Source: Octopus bimaculoides (lineage: Eukaryota). Taken from it: DNA of 64,000 nt. The stretch covers positions 12,369,217-12,433,216 of the forward strand of contig NC_069005.1 of assembly GCF_001194135.2 (NCBI RefSeq). The letters run 5' to 3'. This document shows, piece after piece, positions 48,836-62,677 of the stretch. A program made the translations under genes and the position numbers. The notes under the pieces are model-generated. The model ran no database searches. It had not been told where the DNA came from and saw only the letters and a list, made by a program, of their open reading frames with translations. The stretch's first letter is position 1. Every line of letters begins with the position of its first letter.

Positions 48836-48920
48836 CTTGCACTACTAAATGGCTAGTATCTACTATCAATTGTCCATGTATACCATAGCAGAATGACGCA
48901 ACATATCTATCCCAAAATAT
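48836..48920 (-). CDS. Candidate 85-nt coding exon IFWDRYVASFCYGIHGQLIVDTSHLVVQ(G)
   Basis: Acceptor atttcaacttccAG and donor AAG|GTAAGT; only one frame is open; product not recognised. Confidence 0.35.
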
Positions 48921-51659
48921 CTGGAAGTTGAAATTCATACATAATGTATGAATTCGGTAAGAATGAAGAAAAGTGAAGAGTCTGCTAATTAGTATGTTCT
49001 ACTGCTTGACTGTTGATTTTGATTAGCCCCCGAAGTCAATCCCTATCCTGGTAGGTCAACATATGATCAAATTTATAAAATATAAGCTCACCTACCTACC
49101 TACCTACCTAAAAAGGCTGTATCAGTCTAAATATCTATCTATTAATAGATGAAGAAGTAGATAGATAGACTCATTGATTGATTTATTACAGTTTATTGAA
49201 AGCTTGAAACATTAAACAATAATAGGAAGGTTGATAAAGCAGTTGTAGCGTATATGAAGAAGTAGAAACGGCGGTTTTGATGGCTGGGAAAAAATCAAGA
49301 GGCAAAAAAGAGAAGTAAACACAAAGAAATGTGAGAAAATTATTAAACGGAAAACATAAAGGAAACTAGAGAAGATATAGGCTTCACACTGTAAAGTATG
49401 AACTAAAATGTTAGGGTAATAAAAATAGCAGTGTAAATCCGATTTTCTGGTAGAAACCAAAAGCGCTATATTCTGGCATAAAGTAATTACAAAGTAAATA
49501 TTTACTGGTTAATCTTTTAAAACACGTGAGTCTTGAAATACTTTAATAGATTTTTCATTTAAATACTTCTTTCTACGAAATTTTGAATGAAGAATTCATG
49601 TTATACGAAGCCGTTTATCCTAGAATGTATTGTTTCATTTTAAATACAGCCGGTCTTGATTCGTTCTTATATTTCAACATCGTCAAGAGTTCTTCACAAA
49701 CTCTCAAATTGTTATCATTTTCACTCTTATGTGCTCGTGTTTTCTATATTGTTCAGTGGGTTTTGTCTAAGTGAAATGATACAGCAATAAAATTCTATTT
49801 GAACTGGTCGAATATCTCTGCATGCATCTCTTCAACTATCATAGATAATATCAGTGTCAGTATTGATCTGGAATTTTCAAGTGATGTTTAATATTTACGT
49901 AATGTGGGTGACGAACAGGCGGATATAGACAAGTTATTGAAATCCATATTCCTTATCTGGTCAATAATCTTTCTTCGGTTGACAACTAAAGCTGAACATT
50001 AATCCTAATCTAATTTTATTCAGTCCCAGGAGAATGTTTTGTCCAGCTCTAACAGCCTTTCGATGTCGTGAACATACTTATTCATTAATATAAAAAAGGT
50101 ATGGTTGACATTAATATCAATTTCTTTTGAAGAATATTAACATTTAATATTGGCTTTTTCTCAGCAGGAGTGAGAAGAGCTCAAGGGATTCAACTCCAGA
50201 TTGAACTATTAGCGACCATACAATAGCCTGGAATATTCTCATCGTTACACCCAATTATCTTTGTTACAGGAGCAGGTGAATTATATATTGTACATAACGT
50301 GTTAAATTTTATAAATTTAGTTATAGTTATATTTGACAGCACTCGGTTGTTAAACACCTACCTATACCTAGTTGTATTTGACCAGGATTCAGTGTTATCC
50401 GGTTGAGTCTTCTTATTTTTATCGCAAGGCGTATTAAATTTACGACGTATATATCTCTTGTTGGATATTATAAACGGATATATATATATATGTACATATA
50501 TATATATATATATANNNNNNNNNNNNNNNNNNNNNNNNNNNNNNNNNNNNNNNNNNNNNNNNNNNNNNNNNNNNNNNNNNNNNNNNNNNNNNNNNNNNNN
50601 NNNNNNNNNNNNNNNNNNNNNNNNNNNNNNNNNNNNNNNNNNNNNNNNNNNNNNNNNNNNNNNNNNNNNNNNNNNNNNNNNNNNNNNNNNNNNNNNNNNN
50701 NNNNNNNNNNNNNNNNNNNNNNNNNNNNNNNNNNNNNNNNNNNNNNNNNNNNNNNNNNNNNNNNNNNNNNNNNNNNNNNNNNNNNNNNNNNNNNNNNNNN
50801 NNNNNNNNNNNNNNNNNNNNNNNNNNNNNNNNNNNNNNNNNNNNNNNNNNNNTATATATATATGACAGGTGTCGTGTATCCTTATTCGTTATAATATGTG
50901 AGTCTGGTATTATAACTTTAAACCTTATCGTATTTAATATGATTTGGGCGTCATCAATCTATACGTTATTACTTTTAAGAAGAATTTTCTACTATGTAGT
51001 TCATGTTGTTATATTAGTCCCCATGTAATATTGTAATAATATCAATATCTGTTCCATGTTCCAATAGTATTATTCCTGATATTTCTGTCTCCTATTCCCA
51101 TGCATTTTAGTTTTACAATTATTAAATTCTCTATCGTAAGTTTGTTTCTATATATATATTTATCTATATCTAATTGCTAGATTGTTCTAATGGCAGTTGC
51201 CTGTTATCTCATCATACACCTTTATATCATAGCGTTCAGCATTCTTTTTAGCTTATCCTGTCTTTGGTGTTACAGTTTTGTCTCATTATTTATATTTTCG
51301 TTCTTTTAGATGTATACTTTAGAGTTCTCTTGTACTTTTAGAAGAAATCCTTTTTACTCCAATGTTTTAACTTAAGGGTAATATTCATTGTTTCACCGAT
51401 TTCCCTATATATTAATCTTTGTTTAACAAAATAACCAGGAGTCTCACATATTGCGTGATGGCAGTTGCCACATATTGTGGCAAAGAATATAATGAACCCA
51501 ATGATTGTATACCTCATTCGTTTTACTAAATATACATTCAGTGTTTTATGGTTATATACGGAACGAAGGGAAAGAAAAGAGACAAACAGACAAAAGGGAA
51601 TATTAGATGCATAACGATTTGAATTCTTGAAGTTTCAGATTATACTGGTGTACAGAGAC

Positions 51660-53030
51660 ATCGAGGCAAACAAAAAAATAGTTGTTCTAGCTTAATTTTG
51701 GAGTGCTGATTTCAGATACAAAACCAGTTTTCACTCATCGCCCCTAGCTTTATGATCAATTTTTATTTTGTTTTCCAGATTTTTGTGATACATATGATAC
51801 ATGTCTCTACAATGGCTTCAGGCACTTCAAAACACCGAGGATGCATCAACGAGGCAAATTCATTCTGCTACATGTGTGGAGATTTCACGACAGTTGCACC
51901 GCGCCGAACAATTACGTCCATCCTGAGAACTACTTACTTTTATTATTTTGAATGTAAAATTGGAGATCAGGAGAAATTCTTGGCTCCACACATCTGTTGT
52001 AAACCCTGCTACAATGGACTAATTGCATGGTTTAACTTTGCTGATTTTAACATGGTTTAAGATTGCCTTCAACTTTGCTGTCTCGATGATCTGGAGAGAG
52101 CTACGCAGCCATGCAACTGGTCGTTATTTTTGTCTAACAAATATAACAGGTTTCAATGCATCTTCTAGAACAAAGATCAAATATCCTAAATTTCTTCAGC
52201 TATGAGACCCGTTTGTCAATCAGATGATGTTTCTGTCTTTAGAGACCCCCAGCAAATAAGGATCTTCTTCCTGATGAACACAGTGTCCAAGAAAATCCTC
52301 AAGTGGACATGAACAAGGGGCTTCTTCCTTCTCTTCATATCAAACTTGGTTTACTGAAACATTTCGTGAAGGCCATGGACAAAAATGGCGCTGCCTTCCA
52401 ACACTTGTGCACCCTGTTCCCAGCTCTCAGTTCTGCTAAGCTCAAAGAGAGAATCTTCATCTGACGTCAGATCCGAGATGTGCTGAAGGATAAGGACTTT
52501 AAAGGAACTGAAAGAATGTGAAGCATTTAAGTCATTCTGCCATGGCTTCCTTGATAAGACACGGGTACTAGATTATCGTTCTTACAGTCTTATGAGGATA
52601 TGGGATGCCGAATCAAAACTCACTTTCTCCACTTCCACCTCAACTTCTTCCCTCTGAAGCTCGGAGCAGTGAGTGATGAGCATGGAGATAGGTTCCGCCA
52701 AGATATTACTAAGATGGGGAGTAACTACTAAGATAAGCGGAACCCAGCATGATGGGGGACTTTTAGTGGATGCTCTTGAGTGACATCCTGGAAGCAAAGT
52801 ACACAATTTGTCCAAAAAGGCTCACTTCTAACAGTCTGCTGTACTATGATTTGTGTGTATTGTATTATCCAGGTAATTTATTTCCATCGATGTTCTGTAT
52901 CTATGCTGTTTATTTTTTCTGTAATATACCATGGTAACAGATGAAATAAGCACAAATTTTGAATTTATACGCAATATAATTAAAGTGGGATATGTGAAAA
53001 CAAAAATAACTATAGGTGATAGAGCATTTC
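51660..53030 (+). mobile_element. Chapaev3-like (CMC) DNA transposon relic, internally deleted
   Basis: ATG at 51812: GCINEANSFCYMCG..GDQEK..APHICCKPC..WRE..H...YFC zinc-finger region. Later LHIKLGLLKHFVKAMD, QIRDVL, KTHFLHFHL..LGAVSDEHGDRFRQDI. Family assignment from memory; right TIR not identified. Confidence 0.7.
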
Positions 53031-53790
53031 TGTTTAAAAAGCTGAATTCACCTTGAACTGTAATTATAATTTTTACTGGAGAAAATCAAAAACACCATCT
53101 GGCCTTCCAGCTAAAAACCTTGTCCACTTGAATGCAAAAAGTTCGTTTCCTTCCTCACACAAAAGGTCACTAAAAAAGAAAGAAAAAAACATATTGAATC
53201 AAGCAAGTCTGACCACACTGATAAGAAACCACGCCTCNNNNNNNNNNNNNNNNNNNNNNNNNNNNNNNNNNNNNNNNNNNNNNNNNNNNNNNNNNNNNNN
53301 NNNNNNNNNNNNNNNNNNNNNNNNNNNNNNNNNNNNNNNNNNNNNNNNNNNNNNNNNNNNNNNNNNNNNNNNNNNNNNNNNNNNNNNNNNNNNNNNNNNN
53401 NNNNNNNNNNNNNNNNNNNNNNNNNNNNNNNNNNNNNNNNNNNNNNNNNNNNNNNNNNNNNNNNNNNNNNNNNNNNNNNNNNNNNNNNNNNNNNNNNNNN
53501 NNNNNNNNNNNNNNNNNNNNNNNNNNNNNNNNNNNNNNNNNNNNNNNNNNNNNNNNNNNNNNNNNNNNNNNNNNNNNNNNNNNNNNNNNNNNNNNNNNNN
53601 NNNNNNNNNNNNNNNNNNNNNNNNNNNNNNNNNNNNNNNNNNNNNNNNNNNNNNNNNNNNNNNNNNNNNNNNNNNNNNNNNNNNNNNNNNNNNNNNNNNN
53701 NNNNNNNNNNNNNNNNNNNNNNNNNNNNNNNNNNNNNNNNNNNNNNNNNNNNNNNNNNNNNNNNTGTATGTATGTATCTATGTATGTTTG

Positions 53791-53824
<34 letters not shown>

Positions 53825-54415
53825 TGTATGTATGTATGTATACAACTATTCTGTGCATCAGCGTGGCCGCCGTTTAATTACAGAAACTAGTAAATCATAA
53901 AGGATATATGTATATATTGACGTCGGATCAATTTTTTTTAATTTTCGAGACGTTGTTAAATAATTCTTTATGAAATAAGGGATGACGTGGCATATAAAGC
54001 TATAGATAATATCAGCATGTACATATTGTGTTAACAGTTTCGAAGGAGGCCCCCGGGTTCTGAAGTTATATTTCCTATTATCATAACAAAATCAAACACG
54101 AGCGGTTATTATAAAGTATTTAACTACATCATATAACGTTCATGCCATTAACATCAGGTGATTATTAAATACATAATGCAAATTACACAAGACTTGTTGA
54201 ATCAACACAAGCGTAATTTTTGCACGTGTCATTATTAGATTGAAAAGAAAACTGAATCCACCATTGTGGAGCTGGCTAACGACAGCACAATAAGAGCTAG
54301 CGGAAGCAAAATATGCCGTTATCAGATGGACGGAAACTAACAAGTGACCGTATCTGTGGATCAGCAGGTGTATTTGTGCATAAATATGGGTTTTATGTAT
54401 GTGTATCTATGTGTT

Positions 54416-54450
<35 letters not shown>

Positions 54451-57059
54451 TTGTGCGTGTGTGTGTGTGTGTGNNNNNNNNNNNNNNNNNNNNNNNNNNN
54501 NNNNNNNNNNNNNNNNNNNNNNNNNNNNNNNNNNNNNNNNNNNNNNNNNNNNNNNNNNNNNNNNNNNNNNNNNNNNNNNNNNNNNNNNNNNNNNNNNNNN
54601 NNNNNNNNNNNNNNNNNNNNNNNNNNNNNNNNNNNNNNNNNNNNNNNNNNNNNNNNNNNNNNNNNNNNNNNNNNNNNNNNNNNNNNNNNNNNNNNNNNNN
54701 NNNNNNNNNNNNNNNNNNNNNNNNNNNNNNNNNNNNNNNNNNNNNNNNNNNNNNNNNNNNNNNNNNNNNNNNNNNNNNNNNNNNNNNNNNNNNNNNNNNN
54801 NNNNNNNNNNNNNNNNNNNNNNNNNNNNNNNNNNNNNNNNNNNNNNNNNNNNNNNNNNNNNNNNNNNNNNNNNNNNNNNNNNNNNNNNNNNNNNNNNNNN
54901 NNNNNNNNNNNNNNNNNNNNNNNNNNNNNNNNNNNNNNNNNNNNNNNNNNNNNNNNNNNNNNNNNNNNNNNNNNNNNNNNNNNNNNNNNNNNNNNNNNNN
55001 NNNNNNNNNNNNNNNNNNNNNNNNNNNNNNNNNNNNNNNNNNNNNNNNNNNNNNNNNNNNNNNNNNNNNNNNNNNNNNNNNNNNNNNNNNNNNNNNNNNN
55101 NNNNNNNNNNNNNNNNNNNNNNNNNNNNNNNNNNNNNNNNNNNNNNNNNNNNNNNNNNNNNNNNNNNNNNNNNNNNNNNNNNNNNNNNNNNNNNNNNNNN
55201 NNNNNNNNNNNNNNNNNNNNNNNNNNNNNNNNNNNNNNNNNNNNNNNNNNNNNNNNNNNNNNNNNNNNNNNNNNNNNNNNNNNNNNNNNNNNNNNNNNNN
55301 NNNNNNNNNNNNNNNNNACACACACATACACACACACATACATATGCATACGCACACAAATGAAGAAAAAGTAGCTATATGCATATACTTTTTGGGGGAA
55401 ATGTGTTACGTTCTGTTGACAGACTTGCACTTAAAATTCCCGCGATTTTAATCAATTTTTTAGTTACTGTGATGACAATTTTACCTTTTCATTTATCTTT
55501 CAAACACATACACACACACATACACACACACGCATGCACTCACAAACTCGCTCACTATGACATTGTTTCTCTCTCGATAATTTTTTCTCCTCCTCTTCTT
55601 GTATTCAAAATGAAAGTCAGCTTTTAAAGTCTGTGTTGCATTTTCTATATTTTGAGTTACAGGGAAGCACATGCGCGCACACGCACGCTCTCACACATAC
55701 ACACGCACGCACGCACACAAACAAACCCCCAGATAACTATATATACATATAATCTCTATTTGAAGTGTGTTGTGTTGTGTTGACACATGCACTTTTATTT
55801 TCACCGTGTTTAAATAAAAACTTTTTACTATGGTGACAACTCATTTTTACTATCTATCTATCTATTTACCTCTCTCTATATATATGTGTGTGTATGTACG
55901 TATATATGCGTGTATGTATGTATGCATGCACATGTGTATGCATGGACATGTGTATGCACCAACATATATACATAGGAAGACAGTTATACTTTCCATGAAA
56001 TATTATTATAGTATTAATAACTTTTCTAATAAGATGAACATATCTTGTCTTCCAATATTTCTTTCACCTTCTCTCTGAGTTTTCTGTTATAATAATTATC
56101 TGTAAATAAATTAAAGTTCTATTAACTTTTATCTACTCATCATAGTGTTAACATTATTCTCAAAGCTGTACTCTGTTATTAACACATTAACCTCTTACAT
56201 AATTATTAACGATGTGTTAAAATATTTTGTTACAATACACCTGCTGCGCCATATCTTTTGCTTTCATTATCCTCATTCAAGCGTCTATTTAGTTATCTGT
56301 TAAACATACTTTATGTACAATGGCTCCTCTTAGTGTAAATTATATTAACTCAATGCTTCCAACTTCATTCTAATGAAGCAGAACTTTCGTTAACGATACT
56401 CGTGGCGCGCAGTGGATTTCGTTATTTTCACTATCAGTCATTTTCGCTTAGATGACCTGTCCTTACTTGATCGGGATTACGGCTTGCATCCCATCAGACA
56501 CATACAAAGTATTTGCCTTCTGTATCCAAAGTCATAAAGTACCTTTCTTTACAATTTGAAAGCTGGAACATATATCCAACCAATATTTATCGGACCTGTA
56601 GAACATATAGACTTGAAGATTGAGCGCTGTACTAACAGCAAATTGGTTGGCAGAGTACGCCATTACGTAGGCTGCTGGAATGTTCTTTCGGTTCATGGTA
56701 TTTAGATAGATTTATTTTACGATCATCAACCGTGTTCTTCCCATAGTTCAATCTGTCTTCATATAATTAAATGTTTGCTAGAAGCTGATCTTTGTAAGAT
56801 GTGATTCGAGAACTTCAATTGTTTTACAACATTCGCTCCCAGCTACCAATGATACGGGCTGGAAATAATCGAGTTCTTTCTGTGTCAATGAGCAAGGCTT
56901 CTATTCGATATAAGTTGAGGTAAAGAACGATTTCATCATCTTAGCATTTACTGAATCAGTCACACTTATCTGACACAGATGATTCTTACCCCCGGCATTG
57001 AAAATGGTTTTATTGTTCTTAGTTATCGCGTATAGGATTTCACAATTATAAGCACAAGC

Positions 57060-57200
57060 ATGGATGTGTGATTAAAACGCTCGCTTTGTAAACACACAGT
57101 CTCGGGTTCAGTTCCACTGCGCAGAACCTTTGGCTAATGTCTTCTGTTATAGTCCCAGCCTGAGCAAGAATTACGTCAGTAGTCAAACTCTGAAACCTTG
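57060..57200 (+). mobile_element. SINE family C head, diverged
   Basis: cgggttcagttccactgcgcagaacctttggctaatgtcttctg. Confidence 0.65.
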
Positions 57201-57234
<34 letters not shown>

Positions 57235-57238
<4 letters not shown>

Positions 57239-58487
57239 GTTATCCTAAAAGTTCTGTCAGAATTTTGAATAAAAGGAAACAAGTGATCAAATGTTATATT
57301 TAATTGAAATTTAATCATCAATGTACTTTATGTGATTATCTATGACCTCCTTCCATCTATTTACAGGCTTTTAATCCCATCAATGTAGANNNNNNNNNNN
57401 NNNNNNNNNNNNNNNNNNNNNNNNNNNNNNNNNNNNNNNNNNNNNNNNNNNNNNNNNNNNNNNNNNNNNNNNNNNNNNNNNNNNNNNNNNNNNNNNNNNN
57501 NNNNNNNNNNNNNNNNNNNNNNNNNNNNNNNNNNNNNNNNNNNNNNNNNNNNNNNNNNNNNNNNNNNNNNNNNNNNNNNNNNNNNNNNNNNNNNNNNNNN
57601 NNNNNNNNNNNNNNNNNNNNNNNNNNNNNNNNNNNNNNNNNNNNNNNNNNNNNNNNNNNNNNNNNNNNNNNNNNNNNNNNNNNNNNNNNNNNNNNNNNNN
57701 NNNNNNNNNNNNNNNNNNNNNNNNNNNNNNNNNNNNNNNNNNNNNNNNNNNNNNNNNNNNNNNNNNNNNNNNNNNNNNCCCTTCTCGGTTGCGGTTGAGC
57801 TTTTTCCCTTTACCAAGCCACTGTTTACGACGTTTAACATTTCGATAGAAGATCCATTTTTCGTTACCAGTCACAAGTCCATCCAAAAAGGTTGAAATGA
57901 GTTCGCGGGAATGGAGAGAAGAGCAGATGTCAACTCGGAATTTGCGGATGCTTTCGGAAAATTCATGAGGCACCCGTTTTCCAAGTTCAGGAACATTTCC
58001 AAGTTGTTGAAGATGACGATGAACTGTTGCATGGTTTGAACTAAGCTTTATTGCCAATTTGTAAACTGACGATGCAGGATTTTCTTCAAGTAATGTCTCA
58101 AGGAGCTTATCATCAAACTCCACTGGACGCCTTGTTTGATCTTCATCTTCAAGGCTGCAATCTCCCCTTCTGAATTTTCCAAACCATCTTCTGCAAGTTC
58201 TTTCATTCAAGCATTCTTTCCCATAAACTGAGTGTATGTTTCGAATCGCTTCGGTTGTAGAGTTTCCTTTGTTTGTACTCATAAAGCATTATGTGCCTCA
58301 AATGCTCTAACATCGAAGTATCCAGAGAAATTTTAATTTTATTATTCTGTAAAATAATATTTAATTAGTTTAAATGTACGCAAATGCATAAAAATAATTT
58401 TTAATTCCATTAGAATTCTAAAATACTATTAAATTTCATTCAACTTTAAAAAAGGTAAAATCGGACAGAACTTATGAGATGACCTGA
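57235..58487 (-). mobile_element. Full-span mariner relic (1253 bp including gap), TA TSD, frameshifted
   Basis: TIRs tcaggtcatctcataagttctgtccga and tccggttatcctaaaagttctgtcaga. RRWFGKFRRG, GKRVPHEF (WVPHEL-like), VTGNEKW (first D mutated), C-terminal RWKEVIDNHIKYIDD*. Different TIR family from 18839. Confidence 0.92.
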
Positions 58488-58662
58488 TATATGTGTGTAT
58501 ATATATATGTGTGTGTGTGTATGTGTGTGTGTGTGTGTGTGTGTGTCCAAAGTGAGTAGTTCGAAAATTTCTATTAAAGATGTAATTAGTAACAAAACTC
58601 AAAAGTAATGTTTGTACCACTTCAACATGGCTTTTCCGTAGGGAACTACATTACTACCATTT

Positions 58663-58696
58663 TTTTAACCCAAGGAGGACATCTCCTCCAGCTGGC
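58663..58696 (-). repeat. Second copy of the gccagctggaggagatgtcctcct motif
   Basis: See 4570. Confidence 0.75.
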
Positions 58697-58729
58697 AAAC
58701 GACACAAGCTGTGTCCGTTATATTGCCGG

Positions 58730-58732
<3 letters not shown>

Positions 58733-58800
<68 letters not shown>
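58733..58800 (+). repeat. (CT)n microsatellite within a larger (TA)/(GT)/(CA) tract to ~59300
   Basis: Directly visible. Confidence 0.95.
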
Positions 58801-58804
<4 letters not shown>

Positions 58805-58829
58805 ATATATATATCTATGTCTGTATGTG

Positions 58830-58866
<37 letters not shown>

Positions 58867-59124
58867 GTATGTATCTATGCCTGTATCTACGCATGTATAC
58901 ATGTATATACATATATACACGTGAATAACGAACATAGTGCGTGTGTTTATTTGGCAAACAAAATGATCATTCTGCAATATAATAATATTAATGTGTGTGT
59001 GTGTGTGTGTGTTTATTGTGTGTTTGTATATATACATATATTGAGTGTGTGCGCGCGATCGCTAGACTGTGTTCAAAACCCTAATCGCTAAACCACGTGC
59101 CTTCAGAGGAAGGCGAACTATTAG

Positions 59125-59166
<42 letters not shown>

Positions 59167-59769
59167 ACACACACACGCACACACATACACACACACACAC
59201 ACAGACACACATATACATACATACATATGTTAGAGTGTATCTGTGCGTATGTGTGTACATAAGCATGTATGTATGCATGCATGCAAGCGTGTGTGTATGT
59301 ATGTGTGAATGGTGGGAGTGTTTGCGATTTTGTATGTCTTGCCACCACATGGTAACCGATACTGGCTTCGGTAAAGGAGACCTATTGATATATATATAGA
59401 GAGAGAGAGAGGGGGACCTGACAATATATTTTGAGGTCGATATTCTTTCGTCTCAACCCTTCGAGCGGTGCTCCGGCATGGCTTCGTTTTGTTTGAAACT
59501 CATGTCGCTCAGTCTTTTTGCTTGTTGGAGACGATTTGATCCGCATGAATTTTTGGGCCCGAACCTGAGGAGTAATCCATCACTGTGGAGTGATTCCTGG
59601 CCAAGCTTGTATTACATCAAAATGTCACCCTGTGTGCTATTTTTTTTCCTCCTTCATTCAAACAATACATACGTGTCTGATGGACGGTTAGCTCACTAAC
59701 GTCTTACATTATTTTGCTGAAAACACATTTTGCCTTCATTGTCGCTTCATTATTTTCATTGGGCTATAG

Positions 59770-60200
59770 ACGGCGAGCTGGGAGAATCGTTAGTACACCG
59801 GATAAAAAACGTAGCGGCATTTCGTCCGTCATTACACCCCGAGTCCAAATGCTAACAAGGTCGAGTTTGACTTCCATCCTTTTGGAATCGATAAAATAAG
59901 TATCAATCTAGCACTGGGTTCAAAATAATCGGCGTACCCCATCTTGCATATAGTAGAAAGGAAAGGTGCTCCGATCTACGTAATCGATTAGCTCCATCCC
60001 CTTAAAATTGCTGGCTTTTGTGCCAAAATTAGACAGAGTTATTTTCATGAGCCTAGTAAAGGCGGCGATGTAGTAGAACTATTAGTGCTTTGGATAAAAT
60101 GCCCAGCGAACTTTCTTCCGAATCTTTACGTTTTGAGCTCTAATACCTCCGAGGACAACTTTGACTTTGAACAGGAATCGATGATTTCGACATCTCACTC
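59770..60200 (+). mobile_element. SINE A copies and fragments (59770-59960, tail to 60040, 60058-60200)
   Basis: gacggcgagctgggagaatcgttag head and core motifs. Confidence 0.7.
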
Positions 60201-62446
60201 CCAATATAATTTGAGACCATTATTTCCTTGGGCATTATTCCTTAATATCTTCCATTTGGGCATCTCATTCTATTCTTTCTCTTGACATCCCCTAGTCAAC
60301 ATCTTAGAAGAAGAACAAATTTCACACAGCAGGATGCTGGGTTTACTCACATTTTCTGCCGTCTTTCCGTGATTTTAAATTATCTTCCAGTATTCGGTAA
60401 ACTATTCTTTCTTGTCTTCTAGTTTAGTTTCCGATTGGCACTGATTGACTATAACTCGGATATTCTGCGATACATTCACACTGATGTTCCTGAGGCCATT
60501 ATATAATGTCACGTTGTTCAATATGAAACTCTCGTCCATTTGACCCAGCTACGGTTGATCATATCCCGATTTGCATCCCAGCAGTAAAAGGCCTCAGTAA
60601 TTGAGTATCTTTCCTTCAATACAGAGTTTTATATCTGATAACCCCGTTTCAGCATCTATAAATGTTATGTACATGCATTGGTTTGTATGCGTGTGTTTGT
60701 CTGTGCTGTTTAGTGGAAGAAGTTTGGTGATGTGGGGTTCGTCTGGTGTAATTAGTATAATATATTATAATATACCTCCATCAAGTTTTGTTCATGATTA
60801 ACGCCAGGCTTTCAGATATCAAAGCAATAATTTCCTAAACTTGATAGTTATTGTTCACATTGTCATCTCTTTCTGGCCTCGATTCTCTACGTTTCACTCC
60901 TTATCCCCCTACCCAGATCTTATGACCGAAGAAGAAAAGATTCGTCTCTTTAGACGACAAACATTTTTTTACATGTGAACTAGAGTTGTGATATTTCTAT
61001 TCTCGGAACTTAAATAATCTTCAGATTATAAACGCATATCTTGTTATCTTTAACAAGCTTTATGTGTCTACGTTCTTTTAACCGTTATCTTTTCACCACA
61101 TTATTTTTGTGGCTGCTATGCGTTATTTCCTTCATTATTTTAGTTGCTGGTATCTCTTGCTATCTATTCATCTTATATCTATTGCTATAAAACTTCTCCG
61201 TCGTCTTTTAAACACCGCTTCTTGCAAACATGTCTTATGCGCTCTTGTTATTGTAATCTACATTATATTTACTGAAATTTATTATCAGTTTACTCTTAAA
61301 CACTTTGCCAACGAATACTTTTAACGAATGAACCGGATTTGTCATATTTGTCATGATTGACAATTTTTTTTTTTTCCGTTTAAGCAACTGAAAGAGCTGC
61401 CTTTTCTGTAATAAGAGATCACTGTTGGTATATAGCTCGAATTATTGCAGGTTCGTTATCATCAGATTTTTCAAGTCAAACTTTCAAAAAAGCTGTATGC
61501 ACTATTGAGGAATTTTCTAATTCTTCTTGGCATGTTTCAAGCGAAAATCACAATTCAACAAAATGAACTAATTCAAGGCATTCATTGAACAAATTATATA
61601 ATATTGAACTAATTCATTAACAATTGATGAATAAATTACATAATTTCAATCAGGATTTGATTTGTAACGTTAACTTGATAGCTGAGAGAAGTGAAAAGTG
61701 AATATAATTTTGAAGTAGCATCTATTGATACGTCATGATCCTCTTGTTGATTATGACGTATTTATCTTAAAGAACATGTAAATTGGCTGAATCATGAAAT
61801 CGTTGGTTATTCGTTAGGTTAATTAGCCCTGCACTTCTCACACTGAGTTCAAATCATGCCAATTTCAATCTTTTTAGTCATGTTGCAGTCAAAGTACCAG
61901 TTTTGCATTGGGGTAGATTTATATCTCTATCTTCTTTCCACCTGACAAAGCTGCACCTGTATTTCAAAGACGATCTAGCAAGATATGTGAAGAGTTTTTT
62001 AAAGATATAACTGTGTTAATATGGATGCACGACGGTCATGGAGGAAAAAATCTCATACTTTAAACAGAAAATTTAAGACCTGATACTTGCAGCAGAGAAA
62101 AATATAATGAACATAGACAATCCCAAATTGTATATAGGTAAGACTAACCACTACTATATATCACGAAGACAGTGATCGGATGAGTGAATGCAGCACGTAT
62201 TCTGAAAAGGACTGTACGAGAAAGTGTGATAGTATCACCATATTATTTGTGGACTGGGAATAATATGGAAATTATGAATCGGAGTTGAATGTGGAGTTAA
62301 TGGACCGAGACATAGTATAGAGGTGAAGCTTGTAATGACTGTTTTCTGCTGCAGTCCCTTTCACTGTCATACCAAAATGCTACTTAGGTTGTGGAATGTA
62401 TTTTTCCTGGGCTGAAAATTATACCTTAACAGAATTAAGACTGTTA

Positions 62447-62677
62447 GGCGGCGAGTTGGCAGAAACGTTAGCACGCCGGGCGAAATGCTTAGCGGTATTT
62501 CGTCTGCCGTTACGTTCTGAGTTCAAATTCCTCCGAGGTCGACTTTATCTTTCATCCTTTCGGGGTCGATAAATTAAGTGCCAGTTACGCACTGGAATCA
62601 ATGTAATCGACTTAATCCCTTTATCTGTCCTTGTTTGTCCCCTCTATGTTTAGCCCCTTGTGGGTAATAAAGAAATA
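62447..62677 (+). mobile_element. Full-length SINE family A with a 17-bp target-site duplication
   Basis: TSD agaattaagactgttag (62431-62447) and agaattaagattgttag (62678-62694); A-box-like tggcagaaacg and B-box-like gagttcaaattcc. Confidence 0.95.

Noticed and set aside
49500-51500. Protein-looking short frames on the minus strand (possible decayed viral or TE ORF)
   Set aside because: Frequent stops and no identifiable motif.
60200-60600. Possible GIY-YIG/Penelope remnant
   Set aside because: The motif order could not be matched.
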